Positions 13,383-26,637 of a DNA stretch of 64,000 bases are shown here, in pieces (position 1 is the stretch's first letter; each line of letters opens with the position of its first letter). The DNA is from Phoronis australis (Eukaryota; Animalia; Phoronida): assembly GCA_002633005.1 (NCBI GenBank), contig NMRA01000067.1, forward strand, positions 434,010 through 498,009, written 5' to 3'. The notes under the pieces were generated by a model. That model was not told the origin of the DNA. It did no database searches and saw nothing but the letters and a program-made list of their open reading frames with translations. A program made the position numbers and the translations under genes.

Positions 13383-16300
13383 ATGGAAACACCAGGAAGT
13401 CAAGAAGAAAATGAAGTGAAAAGTAAACGGCCAAAGAGTAGGTTTTTACCTCTGGTTTAAGCTATTTATGGCGTTCTCAAAAGCTTGGGTGCCAATGGCA
13501 GAATGTGGCGTCACTACCCTTGCGTGCAATGGAGCCTGGAGTCTGTATTCGTATGCGAGCGCAAGTCGTCTACTGTAAATTAGTTAGGGAGGACAACGTT
13601 TTTTTATTTTTTTTACAATACCCATGTGTCATACATTTTTGAAAAGCCCTTGGTGTGAGAAATGAAATGGTGCAAGAATCAGAAAAATTGGATGAGTGGT
13701 TGACGAGAAAATGGCCGTTGAAACGTGACGATTATGCGTAAAATATATGCCTTTTTATAATCTCATAAAAAATAAAAGAATATACATGTGCTGCATATAA
13801 AAAGATTCGTCTCATTGAGACAAACATGGTGGTGTGTATTATATAAAATTTGGATCGATTTCTACAGAGATATTGCCGTTTAAGTGTGTTGTTATAGCAT
13901 AGAACAGGCTCATCATGTTTGATGAAAACAATGGATTACACAGCTTAAAAGGTAAAGAGTAAAGACACCACATCAGCTCAGAAATAAATACATCTGAGCT
14001 AGGAGGAAATTTCACATCAAATCACAAGATCACATTGGTGGATTTACATCCTGTCCAAATTTCATGTTTGTATTTGAGAGTATAGTGCTCTTTTGGATAG
14101 GAGGAACAAGAGGTACTTTTTTTGAAAGTTGATCGCATGGCGGAAAATCATGCGCTAAAAAAAGCTTACAAAAAATGATTTATCAGCGATAATTTGAGAC
14201 AAAAAGATTACAAACTTACAAATAAAGACTAAGGTAATGATTTATAACATAAAATTGTCTTATAGTTAACTTTGAAGTCTGAAATCGGGTAATTTACCGA
14301 CGTGGATTTTACACGGAGGCAGATATGGAGCACCGTGATCTACTTTTTGATTGTCCTCCCTAAATTAGTAAATAATGAATTACTCTCTCCCTCTCTTAGG
14401 CAATGACCATCGCCTCTGTTGGCCCGAACCAGAGGCGATACAGAGGCTATAGGCGCTCTGTACGCCGGAAGCTTTTCGGCGAATTATGCCTCGCACCGAC
14501 TAAACCATCAAAGTCACGTTGTTATAAATACCTTTTGCGCATAGAGGAACACTTTAGGAGGTTGTCGATGTGTTTAATTCCTTCCAACTCGAACAAATAA
14601 TCCCGTTATGAAACTTTTTCTTCGAGCAGTCCCTATTTCAGTTCCCAAAATCGTGAAATCAACATTTTCATTTTTTTAACCAGGCCGAAGGTCAGAAGTT
14701 GCGGACCTACCAGCGAACTTTGAAAGCTGAAGTTCCCGCCCTTCGCGTACGTGCTGCCGGGAACCAGCCGTGCATTTGCCATGTTGTTAAACATTAAAAT
14801 GTCAAATATGTGCACAAAGACTATTAAATGTCATATCAACAGCTTTTATTTTTATCAAATACAAACGATAATTCATTGAAATACAATCAGTTTCAAGTAA
14901 CGCCAATTTAAGACAAGTATAAGTGGTGGCATTTTGGAAACGAACATTTGACTGACAAGACCGCAATGGCTCACCTTTGGCCTATTTAAAGATTGAGGTC
15001 ATGAAGTCGCATCACCTAGCGAGCGCGGTAAAAATTGTAGCGTGCGCAGTATAAAAATGGTGAGTTCACGATTTTGGGAACTGAAATAGGGACTGCTCTA
15101 AGAAAAAGTTTGATAATGGGAGTATTTGTTCGAGTTGGAAGGAATTAAACTCATCGACAACCTCCTCAGGTGTTCCTGTATGCGCAAAAGGTATTTATAA
15201 CAACGTGACTTTGATGGTTTAGTCGGTGCATAATTCGCCGAAAAGTTTCCGGCATACAGAGCGCCTATAGCCTCTGCATCGCCTCTGGTTCGGGCCAACA
15301 GAGGGGATGGTCATTGCCTATCCCTCTCTATACCATGTCTATGACCCAGAGTCTATAGTAGAGCCAGTGAAGTAGAGTCTAGGATTAAAACCTACGTCCA
15401 AACTGTTTTAACTTCAAGTTCCACAATTCTGACATATTTTCATATTCTTTACCTTAAATCATATTTGAAAACAACCCTGTCATTGGCATCTAGCTTGACG
15501 TCAAGTTGCACTTAAGCGACTTGCCATCGAAAATCTTAGGTTGTGCCAAATGTGATGTTGAACTTAAAACAAAAGGGGTTGTCTGTTCTCAGAAGGTTGC
15601 TCAAATCATAGTGCTTCATCTTCTCACCCTAAAATATGTGCCATGCAATGTCTAACTCATGTCCTCCTGCCTAGGAAGATAGACTGCAGACGATTGCATA
15701 CACTGGAGGCATGTGTTTCACCAGTCTTTCCTGATTTTTGCTGAACAATTCTGACTTTTGTCTGTTTACTTCCTGTAAAAGTTTAACTGTTTGTTTGATG
15801 TGTGGTTATTGATGAGGTGGCAAATACACTTATTTCATGAAATAAACAAAGCAATTGTGAACCAAAAGTTTTTTGTGCATCATTGTCTGACTTTGATTTG
15901 CGCGGTGGCGACTTCGTGGCAATTTGGGATTTTTCTTAGGTCGCATTAGTGACCTGCAAGTCTCCAGTCGGACAGGCGGGTAGGTCAACAGTGATTGCCA
16001 TACACATCATGAGCCAGGAGACTGATATGAAACCATGTACGAAATAAAAACTGAAATCAAGTTGGTCGTTAATGCGTGTTTTGGGCACAAGACTGGAACT
16101 GCAAAATGTCACATTACCTGTCACATTGTGAATTTGGGTGAGGATTTATCATATGTACACATCGCAAGGCTCAATATTATGGCGACTCGGTGAATGAAAG
16201 GACTGAGGGTACATACATAGCTGCTCTATGCCTTGTGGATGATTCAATTTGTGTAACAGCCTTGTAATTTTTGACCTCGGATTAATAGTAAACAAATTTC

Positions 16301-19300
16301 CACTAGGTTGTGCGGGTTCAAGCTGGTTCTGCTAAATCTTTTTTTCTCGCTACACAGTATTTATCTTGTACCAAGAGAATGAAGGTATTTCAATTTTTGC
16401 TACATCCACATGAAGCATTGTAAAAACGGCCAATTTTTGAGAATAAGGTTTGACATATCCTGAAAAGCCCAACAGTTTAAGCAGTTCTCTTTCTCAAGGG
16501 TTGTGGCTGTCTGCGAGGCAAGGTGCAAGTCACACAGGTGATGCAAAGAGTACATGTAATTGTACTTGGATATCTTTGATATCTTTGGTTTCAACTGGTC
16601 CTGCAGTCTGCCCCGCACTAGGGCAAAGAGCATAGTTCGAATTGTTGGGCTGTTATAGGTTGATACTGACTTTGGTCCTATTTTATGCAGGCGTTCTTCG
16701 TAATTTTTCTGTTGCTAATTTTGCGCTGCAACTTTGCCTTTCAGACACAGCATTTCGACAGCAGCGCCTACCAGCGTGGCAACCTATCCTTACAGCAAAG
16801 ACAGTTCTGCCCGTGTTCTTTGCAATCGGCATTGCATTCATTCCTCTTGGTATCGGTTTCCTGGTCACTTCAAATTCAGTGAGTATTCAGGATATTTAAG
16901 ACTTGCAAGACGTTTTTATTTGTTGGAGTAGTCTAATACATTGTCAAATCACCTATCAATTTTCACCGGATAGCTGACAGGACACCTGAATAAACCATTT
17001 AAAGGAGCAGTCACAAAGATATCTTGTCGGCTTTACTATGACTTCTAGTACATATACAGCACATGTCACGCATCTTTGCCGGACTCGTCGACTCATCGAC
17101 CTTTAGAAAAGAATGGCCAATTTGAATTTGATTAAAAATTAAGAAGGCCAGCATCAGGCTTTCTCAAAGGAATGCAGTCCCTGTTGTGTCACATCGAGTG
17201 TTTTTACATCAATTTGACTGTAATAATGAAGTATTGTCAAGAGTTTAAAAAATATGAGTCAACATGTGATAATTATTTGCTACTTGTCCCGAATTTCTGA
17301 ACAAGTGATTACTGCAGTGGGGACCAAGTGAACATCTTTGTGTAAACTGTTGCTTGTGTAGTCGGAGGTCAGAGGTCACTAGTCTAGCGGTTGCCAACTC
17401 TTTGTTGAGTAGTCAATCAAAAGGTCGTGACCTGTGCTGTTGTTTAAGCATTTGTGGCGCTGTTTTGCACAAAGCAGTCATGTGCATACTGTCAGCCAGT
17501 TTGATTTTCAGACACTAGTAAGACTTAGGACCACAAATCTCACCATTGAATGTACTGGCTTTCTTGAGGGAAGAAGGCAGATCTGTCAACAACTTCCTAA
17601 CCTGATCATCTGCTGGCTGATGAGGCATCTAGCGAGTATTCATAGATGACTATCTTTTCAGATTATAGATGAATTGACTATTCTTCTGTCTATTCAAGCA
17701 TTGCATTAGTGCTATGTGTAAAAATATGACCTACTCTCGTTATTTTTTTTAGATCTAAAAGGAACTGTGATGCATGTAATAAGTCAGAAAATAGTTTGAT
17801 TGCAAAACATAACACTTTTCTTGTCATTCTGAGACTCAATTTGCTTCTGCCAAGTACATCATCTGCTCACTAACTGGAAGCTGAGATGCACAATGAAAGA
17901 GAGTGGTGCCTCCTATGGGAATTTCATAGGAAAATACCGGAGTTGCAAATGTATTTTCTATGATCAGTTATGCAATGAATGTTTATTCTTTTATGAAGTC
18001 TTGAGTTTTAGATACATGAGGGGTATTACACAAATACTTCTTCTACAGGTTCAACAGGTTCAAAAAGACTACACAGATTGTCTGAGGCATGGAACGAATG
18101 AAAAATGCAATGATTTCATTGCACGGACCAACTTCACTGAGCCGTGCTATTGTCTAGTTGAAATTACTCTCACTGAAGCTTTTGAGGTAAAATTGATCTA
18201 TACATAGTATAGTTGTTGATAGTGAGTGGGCTTTAATGTTGGTGAACTGTTGTTTTTACCATTTTAGGTTGGTTGTGAAGTGTTTGGAATAGAAACTACG
18301 TAGCATTTTTGGAGATTTCACACAGTTTAGAATGTTTTTAATAAACACATCTATTTTTAAACTAATTAACTTTGACAAACGTAGGCAGTCTTATGGTCAT
18401 GTTTAGCAAATATTCATCATGGAGAGTACATCGTTACCTTATTCCCAACAATGTGACGAACATAACAAACTAATAGAGTATATCGACTTATGCATCTGAC
18501 CACTTGTGGTAGTAGAACTTAACAAAGATATAAGACATTTAACTCTACATTGAGGCGTCTACTGCAGAGTAAGTCTTATTTTTCAGTAAACAGCTTCACC
18601 AGGAAGGTTCATAATCAGTATACTCAAAAATTTTTCATTTTCCCTCCCAAAACTTAAAGCATTTTACCTCACAGAAATTTTTCGTCGACTGCCATGTTGA
18701 TCTGCCAACTCCATCAGTGACCACTAGGTGGAGGACCTGTAAGTCTTATTCTTCTTCGATTTATGATCGTACAACAGTCCTCCATTATTGGTCCTTATCT
18801 GTGCTGGAAATCCCCAGTCTGTGTGCTGCTGCAAGTCAACAATGTGGCCAGCTACATGGACATTCTGTTGAGACAAAATGTGACTGAACTGACAAACTGT
18901 TAAAACTGCCCAAACAAAATCTTGTGACTAAAACATGCTTGCAGTGTTAAATGTTGTGAGACATATAAGTCACTAGCTTTTCCCTGACTTATAAACTGAC
19001 GTGTTTGTTGCAAAGCTCGACTTAAAAATGTCTTTACGTTTGCAGAAAAACGTGTATATGTACTATGGCCTGACCAACTTCTATCAGAACCACAGACGTT
19101 ATGTTAAGTCGCGTGATGATGACCAGCTGCGGGGAATATTGGTCAAGGCCGATGATCTCAACATGGACTGCAAGCCATATAGAGTTGACAATGAAACTAA
19201 GGTTGATGGAAAAGTGGTGGGACGGGGCTACGCACCGTGTGGTGCCATCGCCAACAGTTTGTTCAATGGTATGATCAGCGTTGGATGAGAAATGCACAAT

Positions 19301-22300
19301 TGCGATTACTTAATTTTGAAAAATTCATGATTTTATCATTTTGTTTATTCAGTCAATAATTGTGCATAATGCAATGAAGGTAGTGAGTTGTACAGGGTTT
19401 GGACTTCGATTTGCAGACCTCTGTTTTGTTGTCAACTGGCAACAACAGCAAGAGCAAGCTGTAATGTGGGGAGTGGCATTAAGCTGACTTTAAAATACCT
19501 GCAAGCCGTTCAGGTGGGCCCATTCCACTGATCACCTAGAACTGTTCATGGTGTATTAATATGCAGATAAAACCGAGCTGAGGAGCTAGAGACCTGACTT
19601 GAGTGTCTAGCCGTGCGTCCCAGTGGGATTCGAACCCACGACCTTCTGTAAAGAAAACGGGCGCTTATCCCACCAGGCCACAATGTCTCCTCTCCAAGTT
19701 GACTTGATGGCAAAGAAATAGTTTATCATTCATTGTTTCTTTTTTAAAATCTCTTGGTGTTTCGTTTTTAAAAAATAACCCAATGCTTGAATAATTGCTC
19801 ATGTGGCCTTTTGCCATGCATTAATCTCATGCTGGGTATTGGAAATGTCATTCTGCGTAGTGACTATATTTACTAGTCGATAAGATGCTGTTTTCTAGTC
19901 TGTCTAAGGGGCCCGTATTAAGAAAACTGACTTGCCTGAGACAAATCTTAAATAAAAGCCAAATTTAAGATAAAACGTCAATTTGTCTGACGTCCGTTTT
20001 AAGAAAGTGGTCTTAAGTTTGACTTAAGTTCTGACTTGAGTTTTTTACTTAATTAAGTTTTGTCTTAAGTTTGACTAACGTACCGGATGTGGAAGTGCCA
20101 AAGCTTGTAAGTTGAGACACGTCTTAGACTTAAGTAAAAAATGAACTTAAGTCACCTTCTCGGAGCACGCCCCAAGTTAACTTTAGCTTTCATTTGTGTA
20201 TTGCCATGGATAATGTTGGTTTTGTTACTACCGAGAATTTCTGTAGACAAGCCCATGGGTGTGTATTAGGAAAATGAAAATTTTCAGGCATTTTAGCAAC
20301 ACCAAATAAACACCCGGGCGTTTATTCAGAAAAACGGGTCGTGGAAACGGAAAACCATAGTTTTGTTTGACTTGACATTCTTTTAAAAAATTAAAAACGC
20401 GTTTTTAATTTTTTATTGATAAATGCATAGTTCACCAATGCCTTGTTCATTTTGTAAATGATAAATGCTCCACAAAACTGAACTTGTGACAAAAAGTTGA
20501 CGCTGAGTGGGCTTTTAAGAGGAAAATTTTCAAATAAACGTCTCACTGTCTGGACACTTGAAACTGCAAGTTGTAACACCAAATAAATGCCCATGGGCGT
20601 GTATTTGGCATAATTTTCCAAGTAAATGCCCATGGGCATTTCATCGAGTGGGCTCATCTTCGGAAAACCCCTGTAAGGGTTCTTTGTTGCACTTTGCTGT
20701 AAACTGTTTCACATGTGATTCCCAGAAGAGAGGTCCAGCCTCAGAACCCTCAAGTCCTGCCATTTTATTGTCTTCCCCTTTTGTACTGCATAATAACTAA
20801 TTGCTCTTGTTCCTCCCTGGCTATCCTAACACACTTCTGATTCCAGTTACTATGTTCTGTAAGGATTGTCCATCATTGCTGGCCATTTCAAAAGCTTGTC
20901 AAGTACTCGTCAAGGGGGTCGTTGTTAGGATTTTGTAAGAATGTCTGAAAATCATCTGTGGGCCAAGGAAAATCAGCATAATGTTGCGTTTTATGCAATG
21001 GTCTTTTGGTCTTAATCGTGGCATTTGGCTTTATTTGAAAAATCAATATTTAAGTAGATACTCTTTTTAGAGGATAGGAGTCTGTTGTTTTTTTTTTTAT
21101 TTTTGAAAAGAGCAGTATGTGGACTGCCCCTTGCTGTTTGTATGCCAAATCTTTGAAGCTGGCCAGCATTTCATAAGCATGACCCTAGTGTACCTTTTAT
21201 GTTCCATCTTCATTAGTCTTATCCTCATTTCAGACACTCTCACATTGGTGTACAGTGGCAATAGCAGTGTGTCTCCTGACACCCCTGTTGGACTATTGAA
21301 GACGGACATTGCTTGGACCACTGATAAGACGGTCAAGTTTCGAAACCCCCCCGTGCCAAAGGGGTCTAGCCTCGCTGAAGGTGGGATATGTTCACCTCAC
21401 TATTTGTTTTGGATAACAATCAGTGTGTCATTGTATGAAATTATTTTTTTAATTTGTTTTTTTTTTATTTATTTTTTTTTAAATTCGTCATATTATTTGT
21501 TCTAGTGTGAGTTTTTAGTGCTTTTAAATGTTCTTAAAATTGCATATTGGCTTTTCTCATGATGTAGTAAGTGAAGTGTACATGCATTGTTTACCTCCTG
21601 GAATAACATATATCTGACATTAAGAGTCGTTGTCTTAATAAATCTTGTGTGTGTTTATGCATGCTCACACTCGCGTGTGGGGGCATGTTGTCATCTTCTC
21701 TGACTGAAGTATCAGAGCACTCCTGTGTCACCCTCAGTTCGGTGCTTGACACCCCTAACTGCTCTTTTCTTGCACTCACATGTATATTATGTGGCCGCAT
21801 ATTGATGTTATCTCTGTCTTGCCGTTTTTATTATTTTCATGTCTGTTTTTGGCATCTGCCTCCTTATCAGCCACCTGCTTCAAGAATCATAAGTGTTAGA
21901 ATATGAAATTGTGTTTTTGTTGAGGAAATTAATTTTCAAACAGTTCTGCTGCTGCGCCCCCTGGTGGTGATTTAGTTTGTTATGCACCAGCCTTAGTATC
22001 TACTGTCAGAGTGTTTCCAAGGATCTGCATGAAATTTGTCTCATGTGTTCCTTATGAGGAGAGCCGGCTCAACTGATTTTGGTATTGGAACGAATCCAGA
22101 CTGTCATGGAAACGGTTTGAAAAATCAGCAGCCCTTACTTCTTTTACCATTTGGGAAGCGTATGGTAGGTGCAGGTGTTGAAAACTATAAATACCTGTGG
22201 ACAATCTAAACCAAATGAACTTTTGATTTTTTTTTGTTTTAATAAGCAATCAAATTCTATTGTGCGAAGCTAATGAGCAGAATGCCTTCCCCAATTTTCT

Positions 22301-25024
22301 AACATGGTGGACATATGTCAATAGCTTGCATTGCTTTTGTTAGTTTTGAAAGATTACGTGAAGCCTCGTAACTGGCAAAAAGACATTTGGGAACTTGACC
22401 CAGACAACGTGGAGAATAACGGATTTCAAAATGAGGACCTGATTGTCTGGATGCGAACTGCTGCTTTGCCCAGCTTCCGAAAGTTGTACCGACGCATAGA
22501 CCACAGCGGACAGTTCAAGAATGGCCTTCCTAAGGGAACATATGTTGTGAACATTACCTACGGTGAGATGCTTTCATATTCAATTCACATTGTTCACATA
22601 CTGTGTTAACTAATCCTTAAGTTAATATTTACATCCATTTAGTGCCAGTTAAAGTTAATTCACAAAGTTCTTTGTGTAACTTAAAATTCTGTGCATGGAA
22701 TAATGTAATAACGTTACTTTTCTGTGTTGCATAGTCTGTTATGCGCTTTGACATGGAAAGATACCTCGACAAATGTTTCTCGCTGTGCCAGTCAACCAAT
22801 TGGTGCTCAACTGAGGACTACATCTTATGGCACCCCTTTCCCTCCAATAGTCATTTCAGTCTGACACTGAAAAACCCAGATTTGATTTTTTGTGATCTAT
22901 ATAGCAGTTATATGCATAGCTGTTCGTGTTAAGCTTACCGGCTGACTTGTGCTCATGTTTAACATGGTTTTGTTATTCTTCAGCGTTTTCTGTCACTAAC
23001 TTTGACGGCACTAAGAGGGTAATCCTGACCAATACATCCTGGCTGGGTGGCAAGAATCCCTTCCTGGGCATCGCCTATCTAGTCGTCGGCTCCATCTGTG
23101 TTGTCCTCGGCTTTGTCTTCATTATTATTCATGTCAAATATGGCAAGAAGTGAGTCTCAATCAAGTAATCTCACGAGATGAAGTGAGATGTTCGCTATTT
23201 ATAGTACTGTATGTTTTAGTGATTTTCCGATGAAAATTGGTTTATGTTTGTGTGCGTGTGCGTGCATGTGGGTGTGTGCAGTCACTACTGGCACACTTTG
23301 GTAGCGCTGCAAAAATGGTCGCTGTGCATTGTTGTTTTGTACAGAATGTCTCATTTTAGCATTAACTTTAACAACGCAGATTTGAAAGCGAGCGTGTTCC
23401 AAACATGCATAACCATTCATAGTTTGGACACAACACCTTGTTTTCATGCACAATGGATAATTCGTGCTAGTTGTAAATTCCTTGTCTGTGTTTGTGAATT
23501 CATAAGCCGGGAGCGTTTTCTGTAATGCATGCGCTGGACATGTGTGATGAAGAAAACTTGGCTTATGGAATGGTAATGTTGAATTTCATATATTCAACAT
23601 GCAGTCTTGTCGGTGAAACAACTCAGTAGGGATAGTAAGGTCTTGAGCTTGCAAAATACTAATATTTCTTCTGCGTGTTCTCTTGACTTAGTGTGCTTTA
23701 TGATACCTGTTTTCGTAAAAATACTCTCTCTGCTTCACTTTGCAATTTAAAACATTACAACCCAAATTTTTATTTGATATTTATTTAGTCAAATCTTGTT
23801 AATAAATGATCTTCTTTTGCATGACATCCATTTTTTACAAAATACACACAATTTAGTACAGAAGCTTTAAAGTTTAGTTTCTGTTGTTGCGTTAAGGAAT
23901 GTGGCAACGAGTGATGCCTACCTTCACTTCTCATCAACTGTGGAATTTGATAGAAAAAAACGAACAGGTGAACTTCTCTGCTCGCAATATGTTCGCAACC
24001 CGAGCAAACCATATTTATTGAACCTTGTAATACATGCCTCAAAACTGCTGCAAAACTTGGTCTACTCATTGACAAGGAATTTTATTTTTAAGGAGTGCCA
24101 ATTGACTGCAGCTACAGTCTTACTATACAGCGCCACCTACTCAAATGTTGTTGCCTGGGCTTATAATTTATGTTGTGGGAATTGATGGTAATACAAATTT
24201 AAGCTCATTCGCCTAGTTGCAGCAAATCCTCAGACAATATATGCTCTTTCTTGCCCAGTATGCTGTTTCATTTCAAATGTGTGTGCACTTTGGTGACATA
24301 TTGCCCGACATCCCCTATTCTGTAGAACAGGCTGATTATTATTGCAGTTTGTCCAGGACAAAACTTGCATACTGGCTTAGTAGAAATTTCAAACATATCT
24401 TTCATCCTTGTATAATCAGATGTCTCTAAGTGTTCCACCGATGGTCACATGACTTTGATGATTTTGCACAACAGTCTTAAAAAGCCAGACACTGTTGATG
24501 TGCACCCGGTCAGTACGGCGACTGCATCAAGCACAATAGCTCCCACCGTCACGACCTTGACCTCCCACTCTCCACTGAGCTCGAAGCCAGTTACTACAAG
24601 GCCTCCTGCTACCAATACAAGGACCTCTCAATCTCGAAACTCGGCACAGTCAGTGAAGGAGTCTGTCACACGGTCTGAAAATTCGTGGGTGTCTTCAGAA
24701 GGGACATCTACTGTGGCATCACTTACAGTTTCTGGTGTTGTCTAGTGGTACTGGGAGAAAATTGATTGGCATTCTGTTCACATGTGTTGTGTGTTATCTT
24801 GATGGGTTATTGTGTTATTGTGTTGGTTTGTGATGGCACAGATCTGATTAGCATCATCTTCGAATACTTTTCTCTTAATTTATGCTGCTTTTAACTCTAC
24901 CGATATCTTTGATTCCTGTTTAAGGGCAGGGCTTGGTGCTTCCTTTTCTTCTCATTTATGCCGATTTGTTTTTTTTTTCAGAACCAAAGACATGATAGAG
25001 GTCACCAGTCGTACAGTCTATTGA
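13383..25024 (+). CDS. TMEM30A: Cell cycle control protein 50A / P4-ATPase flippase beta subunit (CDC50/LEM3 family), ~374 aa
   Basis: Exons 13383-13437, 16745-16878, 18049-18186, 19046-19268, 21234-21380, 22344-22562, 22984-23149, 24982-25024 (1125 nt, phases consistent). Motifs [85 protein letters not shown]; two TM helices. Confidence 0.95.
13585..14362. mobile_element. Non-autonomous TIR DNA transposon (TAGGG termini, hAT-like) in CDC50 intron 1
   Basis: TIR tagggaggacaa...ttgtcctcccta; direct repeat aattagt on both flanks; AT-rich non-coding interior. Confidence 0.7.
14397..15320. mobile_element. Foldback/Mutator-like (MULE) non-autonomous element, copy 1
   Basis: ~265-bp TIRs beginning taggcaatgaccatcgcctct; 9-bp TSD tccctctct at 14388-14396 and 15321-15329; near-identical to 39977-40909. 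Confidence 0.9.
19500..19696 (-). mobile_element. tRNA-derived SINE
   Basis: Minus strand reads TGGCCTGGTGG (A box)...GGTTCGAATCC (B box) followed by a non-tRNA body; homologous copies at 45475-45666 and 52899-53688. Confidence 0.75.
19908..20175. mobile_element. MITE-like repeat rich in CTTAAG/GACTTAAG motifs
   Basis: ggggcccgtattaagaaaactgactt...aagtcaccttctcggagcacgcccc imperfect TIRs; related segments at ~36550-36775 and ~60557-60740. Confidence 0.55.
20229..20675. mobile_element. MITE-like repeat with palindromic GCCCATGGGC motifs near both ends
   Basis: gcccatggg occurs at ~20251, 20589 and 20628; aataaacacccgggcgtttatt palindrome. Confidence 0.4.
24475..24745 (+). CDS. TMEM30A: Alternative terminal exon of CDC50 encoding a ~90-aa Ser/Thr-rich tail
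   Basis: Acceptor gattttgcacaacag|T CTT AAA is in phase with exon 7 donor (aa|gtgagt); 90 open codons [11 protein letters not shown]...VSGVV*. Confidence 0.55.
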
Positions 25025-26387
25025 GCTGGGGAAGAGGTTTCATGCTTCAGACAAAAGGAGGCAGTTGCGTGCAATGTCGTCTCTCTCTCTCTCTCATTAA
25101 AAGAATAGAACTCAAATCATCTAGCTTATTATGTCTGAACCACTGTTTTACATTTGTTTGTATTCTTCTTCGTTAAAGTTACATTAATCTTTCATTACTT
25201 TGTTTAAAATGCCACTGAACACTCAAGTTGCCAAGACTTTGACTGCATTGTCATTTTCAACCTTTTTTTTAGAACACTCGACAATTGTGAATTCAACTCT
25301 CCAAAAATGAAAATATCTATGAACATTACAACTTTATTTTCACCACAGACCTGTGACAAAAAGATTCTGGTGGTACAAAATTGACTGACCAATCTCCTGC
25401 ATTGGTCATGATGACAAAGAGCGCTTGCTGCTGTCACAATTTAACAACTAATCAGTTTCCATGGATATCTTTGATGGAAAATTCTGTTCATCATGGCACT
25501 TAAAAAATCCTCGTCCCGATCAACTTGTTCATAGATTTTCACATGTTCTGGACACAATTCCTGAGGCAACAGTTTGTGTATTGTATTGGCAGGCTTGTTG
25601 CCATGGCGTTCAGTTACTGCCCCTCCTGTTGCACCATACAAGCCACATAATGAAGATCCGCCATTAAACTAAACATTATTTAATTTGATGTTATGTGTCT
25701 TCTCATCTGCAGTGATGTTAGTCCAGTGTAATAGTATGTTCAGAATGTTGTGTTGCAGTTGACAGCTGTGTTAAATAGTTTCACTTGTATAGTGTTCCAT
25801 TCGTCATCAAGTAGCTGTACGGTGCAAATATTCCAGGTTCAAAACAATGTTCTTCAGGACCACTAATGGCTGTGTCATTGGTTGTAGACCGATATGAATA
25901 TGATTTCAGAATGTACTGGCACGGATGTCATTTTACTATTGGGACATTTCATTTGTTTAAAGATTGTTTTATTATATTTGTTTTATATATATGTATTTGA
26001 CATTAACTGATGGTTTGAACTTGTCTGTTCACTTCAGGCTCACACTTGTTGATGTTGTAAATTTTCAGTCGATAAAATTTCTAATCTGTGTGCGGTATTC
26101 AGGTTATTAAAGCAAATATTAATTATCTCTTAAATCAGCAGCATTATTCACTGTCTTAACTGACACAAAAGCCATGGGACATTTTATGTTGCACAACTTT
26201 GGAGTGTATAATTGAAGGATCTTGATCTGTTTATCTTTTCCAAAGTGTTTATCTTTTCCAAAGTGTTTATTGCACTGTTGTGTGAAGTTAGCAGCATGTG
26301 ATTGTCCGAGAATGCTTTCTGTAGACGCTAGGCACTCGCCAGTAAAGCTAGTGTGATTCCAGGCTTGGCTTGCAATGAATGGTGATC

Positions 26388-26637
26388 AAGGCTTGGAATT
26401 TTCCTCTCTTAAGAGGATTTCCTCTTTTTAGTTTTGATTTTCTCATTTGATTTCCAGTTTCTTCTTTTGCGTCTCTTTTTTATCATTATTTTGACTTTAT
26501 TCATGCCAAAACATTTATTTCAGTTAAATTTTACAACACCAAAAATATTTCTATCACACAAGCCTATTTATTTGTGGAACGATATATCACCTGGAAAGTT
26601 TTCCTCTTTTTTTGTCGTTGGTCATTCCAAGCCCTGG
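26388..26637. mobile_element. MITE family (ggcttggaat...attccaagccc), three copies
   Basis: Inverted termini; homologous copies at ~27870-28170 and ~31451-31650 share 'gaggatttcc...atttctatcac..aagcctatttatttgt...ggaaattttcct'. Confidence 0.65.

Noticed and set aside
14403-15298. Repeated ORFs [12 protein letters not shown]... and [11 protein letters not shown]... (also at 39983-40903)
   Set aside because: They are translations of the foldback element arms and spacer; stops vary between copies and there are no transposase motifs
19610-19696. tRNA gene
   Set aside because: A/B boxes are present, but there is no proper acceptor stem or cloverleaf and it is attached to a repeated body, so it is a SINE
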